Shown here in pieces: positions 41,369-50,800 of a DNA stretch of 64,000 nt; position 1 is the first letter of the stretch, and each line of letters starts with the position of its first letter. The DNA lies in assembly GCA_034189385.1 (NCBI GenBank), contig JAXHVD010000023.1, positions 1 through 64,000 of the forward strand, written 5' to 3'. The DNA comes from Thermodesulfobacteriota bacterium. Lineage in GTDB: Bacteria > Desulfobacterota > Desulfobacteria > Desulfobacterales > C00003060. A program made the position numbers and the translations under genes. Under the pieces are notes generated by a model, which saw only the letters and a list, made by a program, of their open reading frames with translations, did not search any database and was not told the DNA's origin.

Positions 41369-42064
41369 TCACACTTCCTCAGTTAAAATAATGGCTTCTG
41401 AGACCTCTCTCATGGACTTACGCGTATCCATGCTCCGCCGTTGAATCCACCGATAGGCGTCCGGACCCGACAAACCCCGACGGGTCATCAACAGGTCTTT
41501 AGCCCGCTCGATTAGCTTTCGGGCCTGCAGCTCCTCTTGAATGACCTTGGTCTTGACCATGAGTTCGGTGTTTTCTATGGCTACAGCCGCCTCATTGGCC
41601 ACGGTGGTCAGCACATTCTCCTCGGTCTCTGTAAACTCGTGGGGTGACGACGTATAGCAGTTGATCACGCCGATCACTCTGTCTTTGACCACCATGGGCA
41701 CACTGAGCACAGAGACCAGCCCCTCCTTTTCGGCCAGCTCCTTTTCCTTAAAATCGGGCTCTTCCAGCACGTTCAGACAGGACCTGGGGCGTCTGGTCTG
41801 GGCCACCTGCCCCACAATGCCCTCGCCCATCTTGAGGGACCGCTCCTTTAAGTAGGCCTCGCTAATGCTCTGGGTGGCCCGAAGCTTTAAGACATTGTCG
41901 TTATCATCCAGCAGCCATAGGGAGCATATCGTGGAATGCATGGTCTCGGCCGTGACAGTGACCACAAGGCGCAAGATGTCTTCAATGTACCGATCAGAAG
42001 CAATGGCCTTGCTGATTCTGCTCAGGGCCTCTATGTGCCTTTCAACGGCTTGCTCTTCCCCCAT
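41369..42064 (-). CDS. GAF + ANTAR one-component RNA antiterminator; start probably ATG 42064
   Basis: GAF (GEGIVGQVA, SVPM..VIGVIN); ANTAR RKLIERAKDLLM..AYRWIQRRSMDTRKSMREVSEAI. Confidence 0.93.
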   Translation of the reverse strand: MGEEQAVERHIEALSRISKAIASDRYIEDILRLVVTVTAETMHSTICSLWLLDDNDNVLKLRATQSISEAYLKERSLKMGEGIVGQVAQTRRPRSCLNVLEEPDFKEKELAEKEGLVSVLSVPMVVKDRVIGVINCYTSSPHEFTETEENVLTTVANEAAVAIENTELMVKTKVIQEELQARKLIERAKDLLMTRRGLSGPDAYRWIQRRSMDTRKSMREVSEAIILTEEV

Positions 42065-42071
42065 GATGCAA

Positions 42072-42100
42072 AATATATTGAAACGTAGAAGCCTTGTCAA
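42072..42100 (-). promoter_or_regulatory. Sigma70 promoter for the GAF-ANTAR gene (probably leaderless)
   Basis: TTGACA-17 bp-TATATT ending 7 nt before ATG 42064. Confidence 0.7.
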
Positions 42101-42155
42101 CCTACCCTCCCCCAGCCCTTGCCATCAGGGAAGGGGGGGCATGGTCGTGCACTGA

Positions 42156-43193
42156 TCAGTAGGCTTCATAGGCCAACTGCGGCAGGATCGATTCGTCAAA
42201 AAGCCTGGCTTCCACATCTACGCCAAAGAAATCAGCCACTGGTTGCAGGATTTCCGGGTTGGTCTTCCACACCGTGCGGCCTGCCTCTAAGACCACCTCA
42301 ACCCCTTTCTTGGTCATCTTGCCGAGGGGCCGACGACAGGGGCCACCAGGCATTCCAAGGATGGCCATCAAGGTCTTGGCGCCAAGGGGATTTCTGGCAC
42401 GGCAGCCCACGGTGCCATGAGGGGTTTCTTCCTGGGTCTTCACGGTCACAATCCCAAAGAGGGGTTTTAGTGCAAGCATCAGTTTTTCTGCCTCGGCCAC
42501 GTTGCCTTCATTGGCCAGGGTAGTCATATCCTGCACGGCCTTGGGTGCGATATTGGAGGCCACGGAGATCGCGCCACTGGCCTTGATGGCCGGATCGGTC
42601 ATCATGGTAAAGGTCTTGTCATCGTCTCCAGACAGGATGGTAAAGGCAGGCCCGCAGCATTCACGGGTGCGCTTCATATTGTCCAAGTTGCCCGTAGCTT
42701 CTTTTACTATGTTGACATTGGAAAATTGTTTATCGAGTATAGCAAGGTCTTCGGGCAAAAGCTGGGCACCGGTCCGTCCCGGGATGACATAGGGGATGAT
42801 CTGAATCTGGGGATACTTCTCTGCCACGGGGGCCACATATTCCCGGCGTATCTCAAGGGAACTGGGTCCATTGTAATAGGGATCCACGAGCAAGGCTGCG
42901 TCGGCGCCCACGTGCACCGCGTGCTCTGTGCTTTCCAGGGTTTCCCTGGTATTGTTGCTTCCCGTTCCTGCAATGGTCTGACACTTCCCCTTACACTTTT
43001 CGGCCACCACCCGAATGACTTCATTGTGTTCTTGCCAGCTTAAGGTGGGGCTTTCACCTGTCGTTCCCACCGCCAGGATGCCACTGATGCCTCCTGCAAT
43101 CTGAAACTCCGCCAGTTTTTCCAACGCCCCGTAATCCACCTCATGGCCGTCCGTAAATGGCGTCATAAGCGCCGTGTACGCCCCGCTAAACAT
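42156..43193 (-). CDS. dapA: 4-hydroxy-tetrahydrodipicolinate synthase; start ATG 43193
   Basis: GTTGESPT, IAGTGSN, PYYN, YVIPGRTG, VKEATG, LSGDD; lysine riboswitch upstream. Confidence 0.93.
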   Translation of the reverse strand: MFSGAYTALMTPFTDGHEVDYGALEKLAEFQIAGGISGILAVGTTGESPTLSWQEHNEVIRVVAEKCKGKCQTIAGTGSNNTRETLESTEHAVHVGADAALLVDPYYNGPSSLEIRREYVAPVAEKYPQIQIIPYVIPGRTGAQLLPEDLAILDKQFSNVNIVKEATGNLDNMKRTRECCGPAFTILSGDDDKTFTMMTDPAIKASGAISVASNIAPKAVQDMTTLANEGNVAEAEKLMLALKPLFGIVTVKTQEETPHGTVGCRARNPLGAKTLMAILGMPGGPCRRPLGKMTKKGVEVVLEAGRTVWKTNPEILQPVADFFGVDVEARLFDESILPQLAYEAY

Positions 43194-43223
43194 CTTGGCA
43201 CCTCCTTTGGCTAAGGGTCCCTC

Positions 43224-43255
43224 AAAAAAAAACAGCCGGAGCGTTCTCCGACTGT
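43224..43255 (-). terminator. Riboswitch expression-platform terminator
   Basis: ACAGTCGGAG-aacg-CTCCGGCTGT followed by a T tract. Confidence 0.85.
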
Positions 43256-43262
43256 GACTGAC

Positions 43263-43440
43263 CAAGAGAGCGCTCCACGATAAGACCGTGACAGTCCCAA
43301 GGATCTTATCCTCAGGCCCAGCCCCCTTTCATGACAGGCCAAAAGCGGACTTCGGCGGTACATCCTTTGAGCGCAAGATCAAATGCCGGGGCCTGTCCCC
43401 CTCTCTAGCGCTTACTCATAAGCACCGCGCCTCAACTCTG
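43263..43440 (-). ncRNA. Lysine riboswitch (L-box)
   Basis: Ordered blocks GAGGCGCG, ATGAGTA, AAAGG, GCCGAAG, CTGGG, ACTGTCA, TGGAGCGCT; upstream of dapA; TTGACA at about 43474-43479. Confidence 0.92.
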
Positions 43441-43509
43441 GTTCAGAATTACCCTAGAAGATGAGATGCCAAGTGTCAAGAAAAAAAGTGGGTTATGCTC
43501 CCGTCATCC

Positions 43510-44031
43510 TCATGATCTTAGCGTAGCAATCAGCTTGTGGGGGTCAAGGAGGATCTCCATGGCGTGCTTGATATGGGTCACCACAATGTCGGCCTCGAGC
43601 ATGGCCTTTTTACTGCTTCCTTCGCCCTGAATAGTGCACAGGGACAGCCGGGCGACCTTAAACATCTCTACATCAATGTTTCCATTGCCTACACATACGG
43701 TACGCTCTGGCCCGATCGATTCAACGAAGGTCCTTTTGTCTTGCGCTTTCTCGGTGAGGACAGCTTGAATATATGGAAAGTCCTTAAAGGTTTGTGCAAG
43801 GGTGCCCTTGGTATCGCCTGAAAGCACAAAAATCCTAAATCCAGCTCTGCTCAAGGCCTCGAAGCCCTCTACGACGCCGGGAATGAACTCGCCCGATTCG
43901 GTGATCGTGCCGTTCAGATCCAGAACGACATTTTCCAGTTCAAAGCTCCCGTGGCCTGGGATGACAATAGGTTTCACTTCTCTTGCCTGTGGATAGACTG
44001 CCATATCCATAAAGGGACTGCAATGCCCCAT
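43510..44031 (-). CDS. Soluble P-type-ATPase-like HAD hydrolase; start may be GTG 43977
   Basis: VLDLNGTI, LSGDT, VGNGNID, ATLR C-terminus. Confidence 0.85.
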   Translation of the reverse strand: MGHCSPFMDMAVYPQAREVKPIVIPGHGSFELENVVLDLNGTITESGEFIPGVVEGFEALSRAGFRIFVLSGDTKGTLAQTFKDFPYIQAVLTEKAQDKRTFVESIGPERTVCVGNGNIDVEMFKVARLSLCTIQGEGSSKKAMLEADIVVTHIKHAMEILLDPHKLIATLRS

Positions 44032-44080
44032 GAACCGGCCTGACGCCGACTTCCGTTCATCTGCCTGGATCTATATAAGG

Positions 44081-44563
44081 CTATACGAATCTCCCATCGT
44101 CTTTAGATGTGGAGAGCTTGTGGACATTTTCCTCCAGCCATCCCACCTTATCCACTTTCCGTATGTCGAACTGTGGCACATAAGGCTTGATATCTAGAAG
44201 AGGTGTCCCATCCACAATGTCCATGTCTTGTATATGCAGCACGTTTTCTTCCACCCCTACGAGCCGAACCACGGACATGCCGATGGCGTTTGGTCTGCTT
44301 GGGCCTCTCATGGCAAAGACCCCGTGTGATTGACCATCCATAAATGGCTTGACTTTCAGGGCCGATTCCTTGGACAGATGAAAGTGGTATATCAAGATGA
44401 TGTGAGAAAACCCTTCAAGGTCTGTTAATCCTACAACATATTCAGGAAAAACTTCAACCCTTCCCGCGATCCCTTCAGCACCTGCCGGTTGTATGGGTGT
44501 TCCCTTGGGTTCTTTAAAGGGCGAATGAATGATTCCGATGGGCCTGTATGTGATCTCGTCCAT
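44081..44563 (-). CDS. trmO: tRNA (m6t6A37) methyltransferase TrmO/TsaA family
   Basis: PIGIIHSPF, LEGFSH, GVFAMR..RPNAIG, DGTPLLDIKPY. Confidence 0.92.
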   Translation of the reverse strand: MDEITYRPIGIIHSPFKEPKGTPIQPAGAEGIAGRVEVFPEYVVGLTDLEGFSHIILIYHFHLSKESALKVKPFMDGQSHGVFAMRGPSRPNAIGMSVVRLVGVEENVLHIQDMDIVDGTPLLDIKPYVPQFDIRKVDKVGWLEENVHKLSTSKDDGRFV

Positions 44564-44709
44564 GATGGCCCCTCCTGTGGACGTGGATAGTTACGATACC
44601 AGACCCGACTTATACGCCCTTTGAAAGTACTTGACAACGTTGAGCCCACGGGCATGATAAAAAATGTACGCTTGCGCGAGATAAAAAAAGGGCCACAGGA
44701 GGGGAACAT

Positions 44710-45132
44710 ATGGAAGAAGTCCTACGACAGGCAATGGTGAAGAGAGTGAAAGAAGAACCTTTTGCTCGGAAGATGAATCTTGAACTCGTTGAATTGAATG
44801 ACGGTCATTCAGTGGTGGAGATGACGTTTACAGAAGACATGGAAAACATCTTCGGAATGGCCCATGGTGGGGCCGTTTTTGCGCTGATTGATGAGGCCTT
44901 TGAAACGGCTTCTAATTCTCACGGCACCGTGGCAGTGGCCCTGAACATGAATATCACCTACACTGCGGCTGCCACACCAGGGGCGCGATTGAGGGCAGAG
45001 GCACAGGAGCTGAACCGTACGCCTCGCACAGCCACCTATGACATAAAGGTAACGGACGAAAATCAGACCTTGATGGCAGTGTGTCAGGCCCTTGTCTACC
45101 GGAAAAAGAGTAGGCTGCCTTTCTTGGAATGA
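44710..45132 (+). CDS. PaaI-family hotdog thioesterase
   Basis: NIFGMAHGGAVFALIDEAF..ASNS; upstream TTGACA...CATGAT and RBS. Confidence 0.9.
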   Translation: MEEVLRQAMVKRVKEEPFARKMNLELVELNDGHSVVEMTFTEDMENIFGMAHGGAVFALIDEAFETASNSHGTVAVALNMNITYTAAATPGARLRAEAQELNRTPRTATYDIKVTDENQTLMAVCQALVYRKKSRLPFLE

Positions 45133-45807
45133 AAACAGCTACTATTACCCCATGTGGTACCATGACCCCATGGGCAAGGACCTGTGGGCCTGAAAATTGG
45201 GCATCGTATTGCATTTGAGGGGAACCTTTGTTAGGCTTCGCCCTTCGTTGATGAAATCGCAACAAGTCATCACCCCGGTGGAAAACCAGGGTCCAGAAAC
45301 ATGTTAGCGGTTTAAACTGACTGCTCAAGGGTCGCAGCCCAACCAACCATTTTGAAATAAAGGCTAGAAACGTGCCAAGGCTTCGAGGAGACGGAATAAC
45401 CCTGGTTTGGGCCTTTTCTATGCAATGGAAGCCTGGGGATGGGGAAATCCGCTTCTCTGCGGCCTCCAATGCCTTTAGTAGCTGTGCGGAGAGAGTGGGT
45501 GGCAATGGCTGTAGGCCTTCGTTCAGCGAATTTCCCCATCCCTCTGTTGCCAAATCTGAGGGGCACAAGTCTTGTCACAGGTCCTATTAGCGGAAATAAG
45601 GGGGGCGAAACTTGAGCTTGAGTTACTCGATCCCGGCTGTTGCCGGAATGATGTAAGGTGGCCATTTTGGACTCTTTACGATTTCTTATTTTTTTGACCG
45701 CAAAGGGAAACCGCCTGGCTGGGAGCATGGTCAGGGTACCGACTCTTTGACCAAGCTCGCTGAATGGCCTGTGGGGGGCTGAGGTAGATGCATAGGGAGG
45801 ATATCCT

Positions 45808-46683
45808 TTGAATCAGTTCAACAAAACGGCGAAGCCTGGTTCAAGAAAACAGTCCAAGTCTTGGACCCTCCTTGTCGTTGGAGATCTGGGCAACACGGTC
45901 TCCTTTCGCCTGAGCAAACCCTTGCTCGTTGCGCTCACGGTCTGCGCGGCAACGGTCTTCATCTTGATCGTCTTTTTGACGGTTTCCTCTCTGCGGGTGC
46001 GCGTGGAGAACGGGGAGCTCAAAAGGGAGCTGGGTCAGATAAGGGCACAGCTTGCTGCGGCCAAGGAAGACAAAGACGAGGCGCTGGTGCGGTTGATGCT
46101 GAAAGAGGGTCCGGTGAAATCCGATGAGAAAGATGGCGAATCTATCCAGAAATCCAAGCCGTCCGACGAGGTATCTGAAAGCCCCATATCACCTGCCCCT
46201 TCCGGCAAAGAAAGAGAAGCCGAGGCCTCCGAGGAAATAAAAACGGTGGCTGAGGCCTCGCCTGCCAAACCCATGGAAAGGAGCGAAGAGACACAGCCGG
46301 CCTTGGCCGGGGGTGTTTCCGTGGACAGGCTGGAAATCCGGCCAGCAGATGAGGGCCATTTTCTGGAGTATCGATTCGTCGTTAAAAACATTGATCCACA
46401 AGGGAGAAGAATGAAGGGATACACCTTCGTGGTCCTGCAACCTCGGGAGGGCTCTGAGGCGCAGCCCGCAGTGTCTCCATCGACTTCGTTGGATGCCGGA
46501 AGGCCTGCCATCTTTAAGAAGGGGCAGTATTTTTCCATTACCCGATTTAAGCCCGTTCAAGGTACCTTTCCCGGTGCGGCGGCAATGGAACCGTTTAAGA
46601 CCGCCACTGTCTACGTCTATTCTGAGACCGGGAGTCTTTTGGCGGAGCAGGTTTACCAGGTGGACCAGTTGTCTGGCTCTTAA
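45808..46683 (+). CDS. Single-pass membrane protein with coiled coil, low-complexity linker and C-terminal beta domain (bactofilin-adjacent)
   Basis: RBS GGAGG before TTG; TM segment; coiled coil; precedes bactofilin. Confidence 0.7.
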   Translation: MNQFNKTAKPGSRKQSKSWTLLVVGDLGNTVSFRLSKPLLVALTVCAATVFILIVFLTVSSLRVRVENGELKRELGQIRAQLAAAKEDKDEALVRLMLKEGPVKSDEKDGESIQKSKPSDEVSESPISPAPSGKEREAEASEEIKTVAEASPAKPMERSEETQPALAGGVSVDRLEIRPADEGHFLEYRFVVKNIDPQGRRMKGYTFVVLQPREGSEAQPAVSPSTSLDAGRPAIFKKGQYFSITRFKPVQGTFPGAAAMEPFKTATVYVYSETGSLLAEQVYQVDQLSGS

Positions 46684-46727
46684 GCACGGGGGCGGGCCGG
46701 TCCCGGTCCGCTTTCAAAAAGGGGCAC

Positions 46728-47099
46728 ATGATGAAGGATAAAAAGGCAGGGCTTTCTATCATAGACAAAGGTTGCAAAGTGAAAGGTACCGCGCATGTAG
46801 AGGGAAAGCTGATCGTTATTGGGACCCTTGAGGGGACCCTTGAGGGAGATACTGTCGTGACGGCTCAAGGCAGCCATGTGATGGCTGACGTAAAGGTCCG
46901 AGAGATGGTCATCGGGGGCAAGTTTGAAGGCGATGTGACAGCCTATGAGAATGTAAGATTGCTGAAAACAGGAGAATTCACCGGAAAGGTCTTTTGCAGG
47001 AACATCGACGTCGAGCCTGGTGGCCAGTTAAACGGAAGCGTCAAGATCCTGGAAGCCGACGATGAGACGCTTAGGTCTGACACCAAGGGGTCTGGTTGA
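46728..47099 (+). CDS. Bactofilin (polymer-forming cytoskeletal protein)
   Basis: SIIDKGCKVKG, GxxEG repeats, VEPGGQLNG. Confidence 0.9.
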   Translation: MMKDKKAGLSIIDKGCKVKGTAHVEGKLIVIGTLEGTLEGDTVVTAQGSHVMADVKVREMVIGGKFEGDVTAYENVRLLKTGEFTGKVFCRNIDVEPGGQLNGSVKILEADDETLRSDTKGSG

Positions 47100-47129
47100 T
47101 CTGTCAGCCCTTCCAGGGCAGACGTCTTT

Positions 47130-47357
47130 TTAGACACGTCACCCCTTTCCCTCAAAGCCTAGAGTAACCGCTTGGCCTTCTACGATGACGGGGACCTTTC
47201 GCTTTCCACTGGAGTACTCTAGCATCACGTCGAGTTGTTCCGGGTCACGGATGACGTTTAGGTACTCTACCTCCTTGCCTGCCTTTGAATAGGCCTCACG
47301 GGCTGCCGTCGTGAAGGGTCACGTATCTTTACCAAAAATAAGAACCTTGTCAGACAT
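47130..47357 (-). CDS. Glutaredoxin-like selenoprotein with two Sec codons (UXX-star type), 75 aa; absent from the ORF track
   Basis: RBS GAGAGGGGG-ac-ATG; MSDKVLIFGKDT-U-PFTTAARE...RKVPVIVEG..LGFEGKG-U-RV-TAA; TGA at 47319-47321 and 47139-47141, each followed by a hairpin. Confidence 0.88.
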
Positions 47358-47491
47358 GTCCCCCCTCTCCATGTTTGCCGTGATATAGTTCCAAGATCTT
47401 TCAATGATGCCAGAAATCTCTACCAGTCGTTGCACTGGTTGTCAATTCTTGACGGGCTTTTGCCCAAACAAGAATTCCTTTGAGCGGGCAT

Positions 47492-47638
47492 TAAGGCGTC
47501 TTTTGCCAACAAATGTTGGCGAAGTGGAAGACTTGCGATGTCAACTGCTTGATCCGCCGCGGCGGAGAGTATAGCGCAAAGCTTCACTACGTGCGACATC
47601 GCCTGGAGCGAGCCCTATATTTGTCAAAAAGCGCTTTA
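47492..47638. mobile_element. Short inverted-repeat element (MITE/REPIN-like, family C)
   Basis: TAAGGCGTCTTTTGCCAA versus the reverse complement of the right end TAAAGCGCTTTTTGACAA (14/18); central CCGCCGCGGCGG palindrome shared with 54647-54675. Confidence 0.6.
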
Positions 47639-47867
47639 GCCCAAGCGAAAAGGGATTTGGGCAACAGCCCGTTGGGACCTTTCCGCCACTCTTTCCAAGG
47701 TTCAGTTTGGCCTTCTTGAGACTTGTGAAGACAAGATGGGCATGGTAAGTGTATACTTGCACTGTATCAGAGGCGAAGAAGGGTAAGGCGCAAGGCTCAG
47801 GATAAGGGTGTCTTTGCGCCTTCATTCTGTTTAGGCCCCCAAACATCCGTCATAGACCTTCATACGT

Positions 47868-50800
47868 ATGGCACATACAAGACTCTATATGGGAATCGAC
47901 ATCGGTTCCGTGAGCCTGAACATCGTTGTTGTAGATGAGGCGGCAGATATTAAGACGTCCATTTACAGGCGCACGGAGGGGCAGCCTATGGCCATGCTCC
48001 TAGACTCCCTGGAGAAGCTTGGCGGCCCCATGGATTCCTTTGAGGGGGTCGTGGCCACTGGAAGTGGCCGAAAACTGGTAGGCCGTGTCCTCAACGTTCC
48101 AGATGTAAATGAGATCGTCACCCAAGCCACGGCGGCATGTCATTTTCATCCTCGCGTGCGCACCATCATTGAGATCGGCGGACAGGATTCTAAACTTGTC
48201 TTTGTGGATCGAGACGCCAAGACTGGTGCACCCGTGATCATCGATCACGTGTTGAATGAAGTGTGCGCGGCCGGCACAGGCTCCTTTCTGGATCTGCAGG
48301 CCCAGCGCCTGGGGATGACCATCGAAGACCTCGGCGCCCTGGCTCTTTGTTCCAAGCATCCAGCCAGGATTTCCGGCCGGTGCAGTGTTTTCGCCAAAAG
48401 CGACATGGTCCACCTGCTCCAGGAAGGGACCCCCAAGGCCGATATTGTTGCAGGTCTCTGCAGCGCCCTTGCCTTGAATTTCATTACCAATCTCGGCAAG
48501 GGAAAACCCTTTCCCAAACCGATCCTGTTTCAGGGGGGCGTGGCTGCCAACCCTGGGGTGGTGAATGCCTTTGAAAAATGCCTGGGGCTGGACCCTGGCG
48601 ACCTCACGATCCCAGAACATTTTCTTGTCATGGGTGCCTTTGGTTCGGCCCTCATGGCCAAGGGCCTGACAGGTGGCTTGAACCAGTCTAGGACAGGGCT
48701 GATTAAAAGGATAAAAGAAGCCCTGGACAGGGCCCAGGACCGTCCTCGCAAAGCGCAGATGAAGCCCCTGGTCCGCAGAAGGGATAAGAGGGAGACCTCG
48801 GATCATTATTACGGAATTGGGCAAGGCGACAGTGTCGAGGTGTTCCTCGGAGTTGACATCGGCGCAGTGAGCACCAATATCGTGCTCATTGATAGAAAGG
48901 GACAACTCAAGGCCAAGCAGTACTGGTACACCCGGGGAGAGCCCGTAGACACCGTTCGATCGGGCCTTGAGGAAATGGCTGATCAGGTAGGGCAGGCAGT
49001 CCGCGTGTGTGGTGTCGGGGTTACGGGGAGCGGCCGTTACTTTATCGGAGATTTTGTGGGAGCAGACGTGGTGATCAACGAGATCTCAGCCCAGGCCCGT
49101 GCTGCCATGCACCTTGACCCCGATGTCGACACCATTATCGAGATCGGCGGGCAGGATTCCAAGTACATCCGGTGCAAAAATGGCCGCGTCATTGACTTTG
49201 AGATGAACAAGGTCTGCGCAGCAGGCACTGGCTCTTTCTTGGAAGAACAGGCTGCCCGTCTTAAGGTGCCTATCCGCCGGACCTTCAGCGAGTTGGCCTT
49301 TTCTTCCAGCACGCCGGCAGATCTTGGTGCGCGATGCACCGTGTTTATGGAGTCCGACCTGATTCATCACCAACAGACTGGGGAAACCTTAAGCGATCTG
49401 ACTGCAGGGCTTTCCTATGCCATTGCCCAAAACTATCTGGAAAAGGTCGTTGGCACAAAAAGGATTGGCGACCACATCGTCTTTCAGGGAGGGGTCGCTG
49501 CCAACCAAAGCGTTGCTGCCGCCTTTGAGAACATCTTAGAAAAAGCCCTTGTCACCGTTGAGCATCATAACGTCACGGGGGCCCTAGGCGCTGCGCTAGC
49601 AGCCAGAGACCGTGAACAGGCCTCCAGTCGGTTTGCCGGGTTTCACTTAAAGGATCGCCCCTATGAGGTAAAGACCTTTGAATGCCAGAAATGCCCTAAT
49701 CTGTGTCGTATCCATCAGATCTATATAGATGGCAGATTGCGTTCTTATTACGGGAGCCTGTGCGGGCGATATGAAAGGTCTTCTGACCACACCGGTTATG
49801 CCCATCTGCCGGACCTTTTTGAGGAACGGCAGAATCGTCTCTTGGAAGGCTTTGACAAAGAAGACTTGAAAGGAGGATCTGCACAAATCATCGGGATTCC
49901 AAATGTCCTAAGCTTCTTTGATTATCTTCCCTTTTGGATGGCGTTTCTAAAAACCTTGGGCCACCCCGTGCTCCTTTCAGAGGGCACGAACAAGACCTTG
50001 ATCCAAAGAGGGCTGTCTTGCGTTCCCTCTGAGACCTGTTTTCCCATCAAGGCCGTTTATGGCCACATAAGAGATTTGGTCTCAAAAGGGGCAGACCTAG
50101 TCTTGCTCCCCTGCGAGACCGATCATCCCACAGGCAACGACACCTCTGGCAGCTTTAATTGCCCTTACATGCAGTCCATGCCCTACATGGTAAAGGCAGC
50201 CATGGGTTCAGAAGTAGCACTCCTGGCGCCGGTCATACGGTGGCGGGAGCGCCGACAGGTGGTTGACCGCGCACTGCTGGGCATTGGCAGATCTCTGGGC
50301 CACAGGGCAGAAAGGACCAAAGAGGCCATAGCCGCCGGCCGCAGAGCCCAGGCACGGTTTGAGAACTGGCGCCAGGATCGGGGCAAGGAGATCCTGGCCT
50401 CCCTGGGCCCTCAAGACCGGTGCTTGGTCTTGTTGGGCAAATCTCACAACATATTCGATCCCGGCCTGAATCTTCATCTGGCTAGAAAGCTTAGACGCCA
50501 CGGGCAACGGACCATCCCCTTTGATATGCTTCCCCTGGACGACGTGACCCTGCCTCAAGGTTATGACAACGTTGTCTGGAAGAATACCCGTGATCTTCTT
50601 AAGGCATGCCTGTTGACGCGCTATGATCAGCGGCTGTTCCCGGTGCTGCTGACGAATTTCGGGTGCGGGCCAGATTCTTTTTTCATGAAGTACATGGAAG
50701 CTGAACTTACAGACAAGCCATATCTCGTCTTAGAGGTGGACGACCACACAGGAGATGCCGGGATGGTCACCCGTATCGAGGCATTCCTGGATACGCTCGA

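Noticed and set aside
45133..45807. Long intergenic gap with short ORFs (44954-45568, 45312-45728, 45372-45590)
   Set aside because: No recognisable motif, RBS, RNA structure or repeat; left unannotated.
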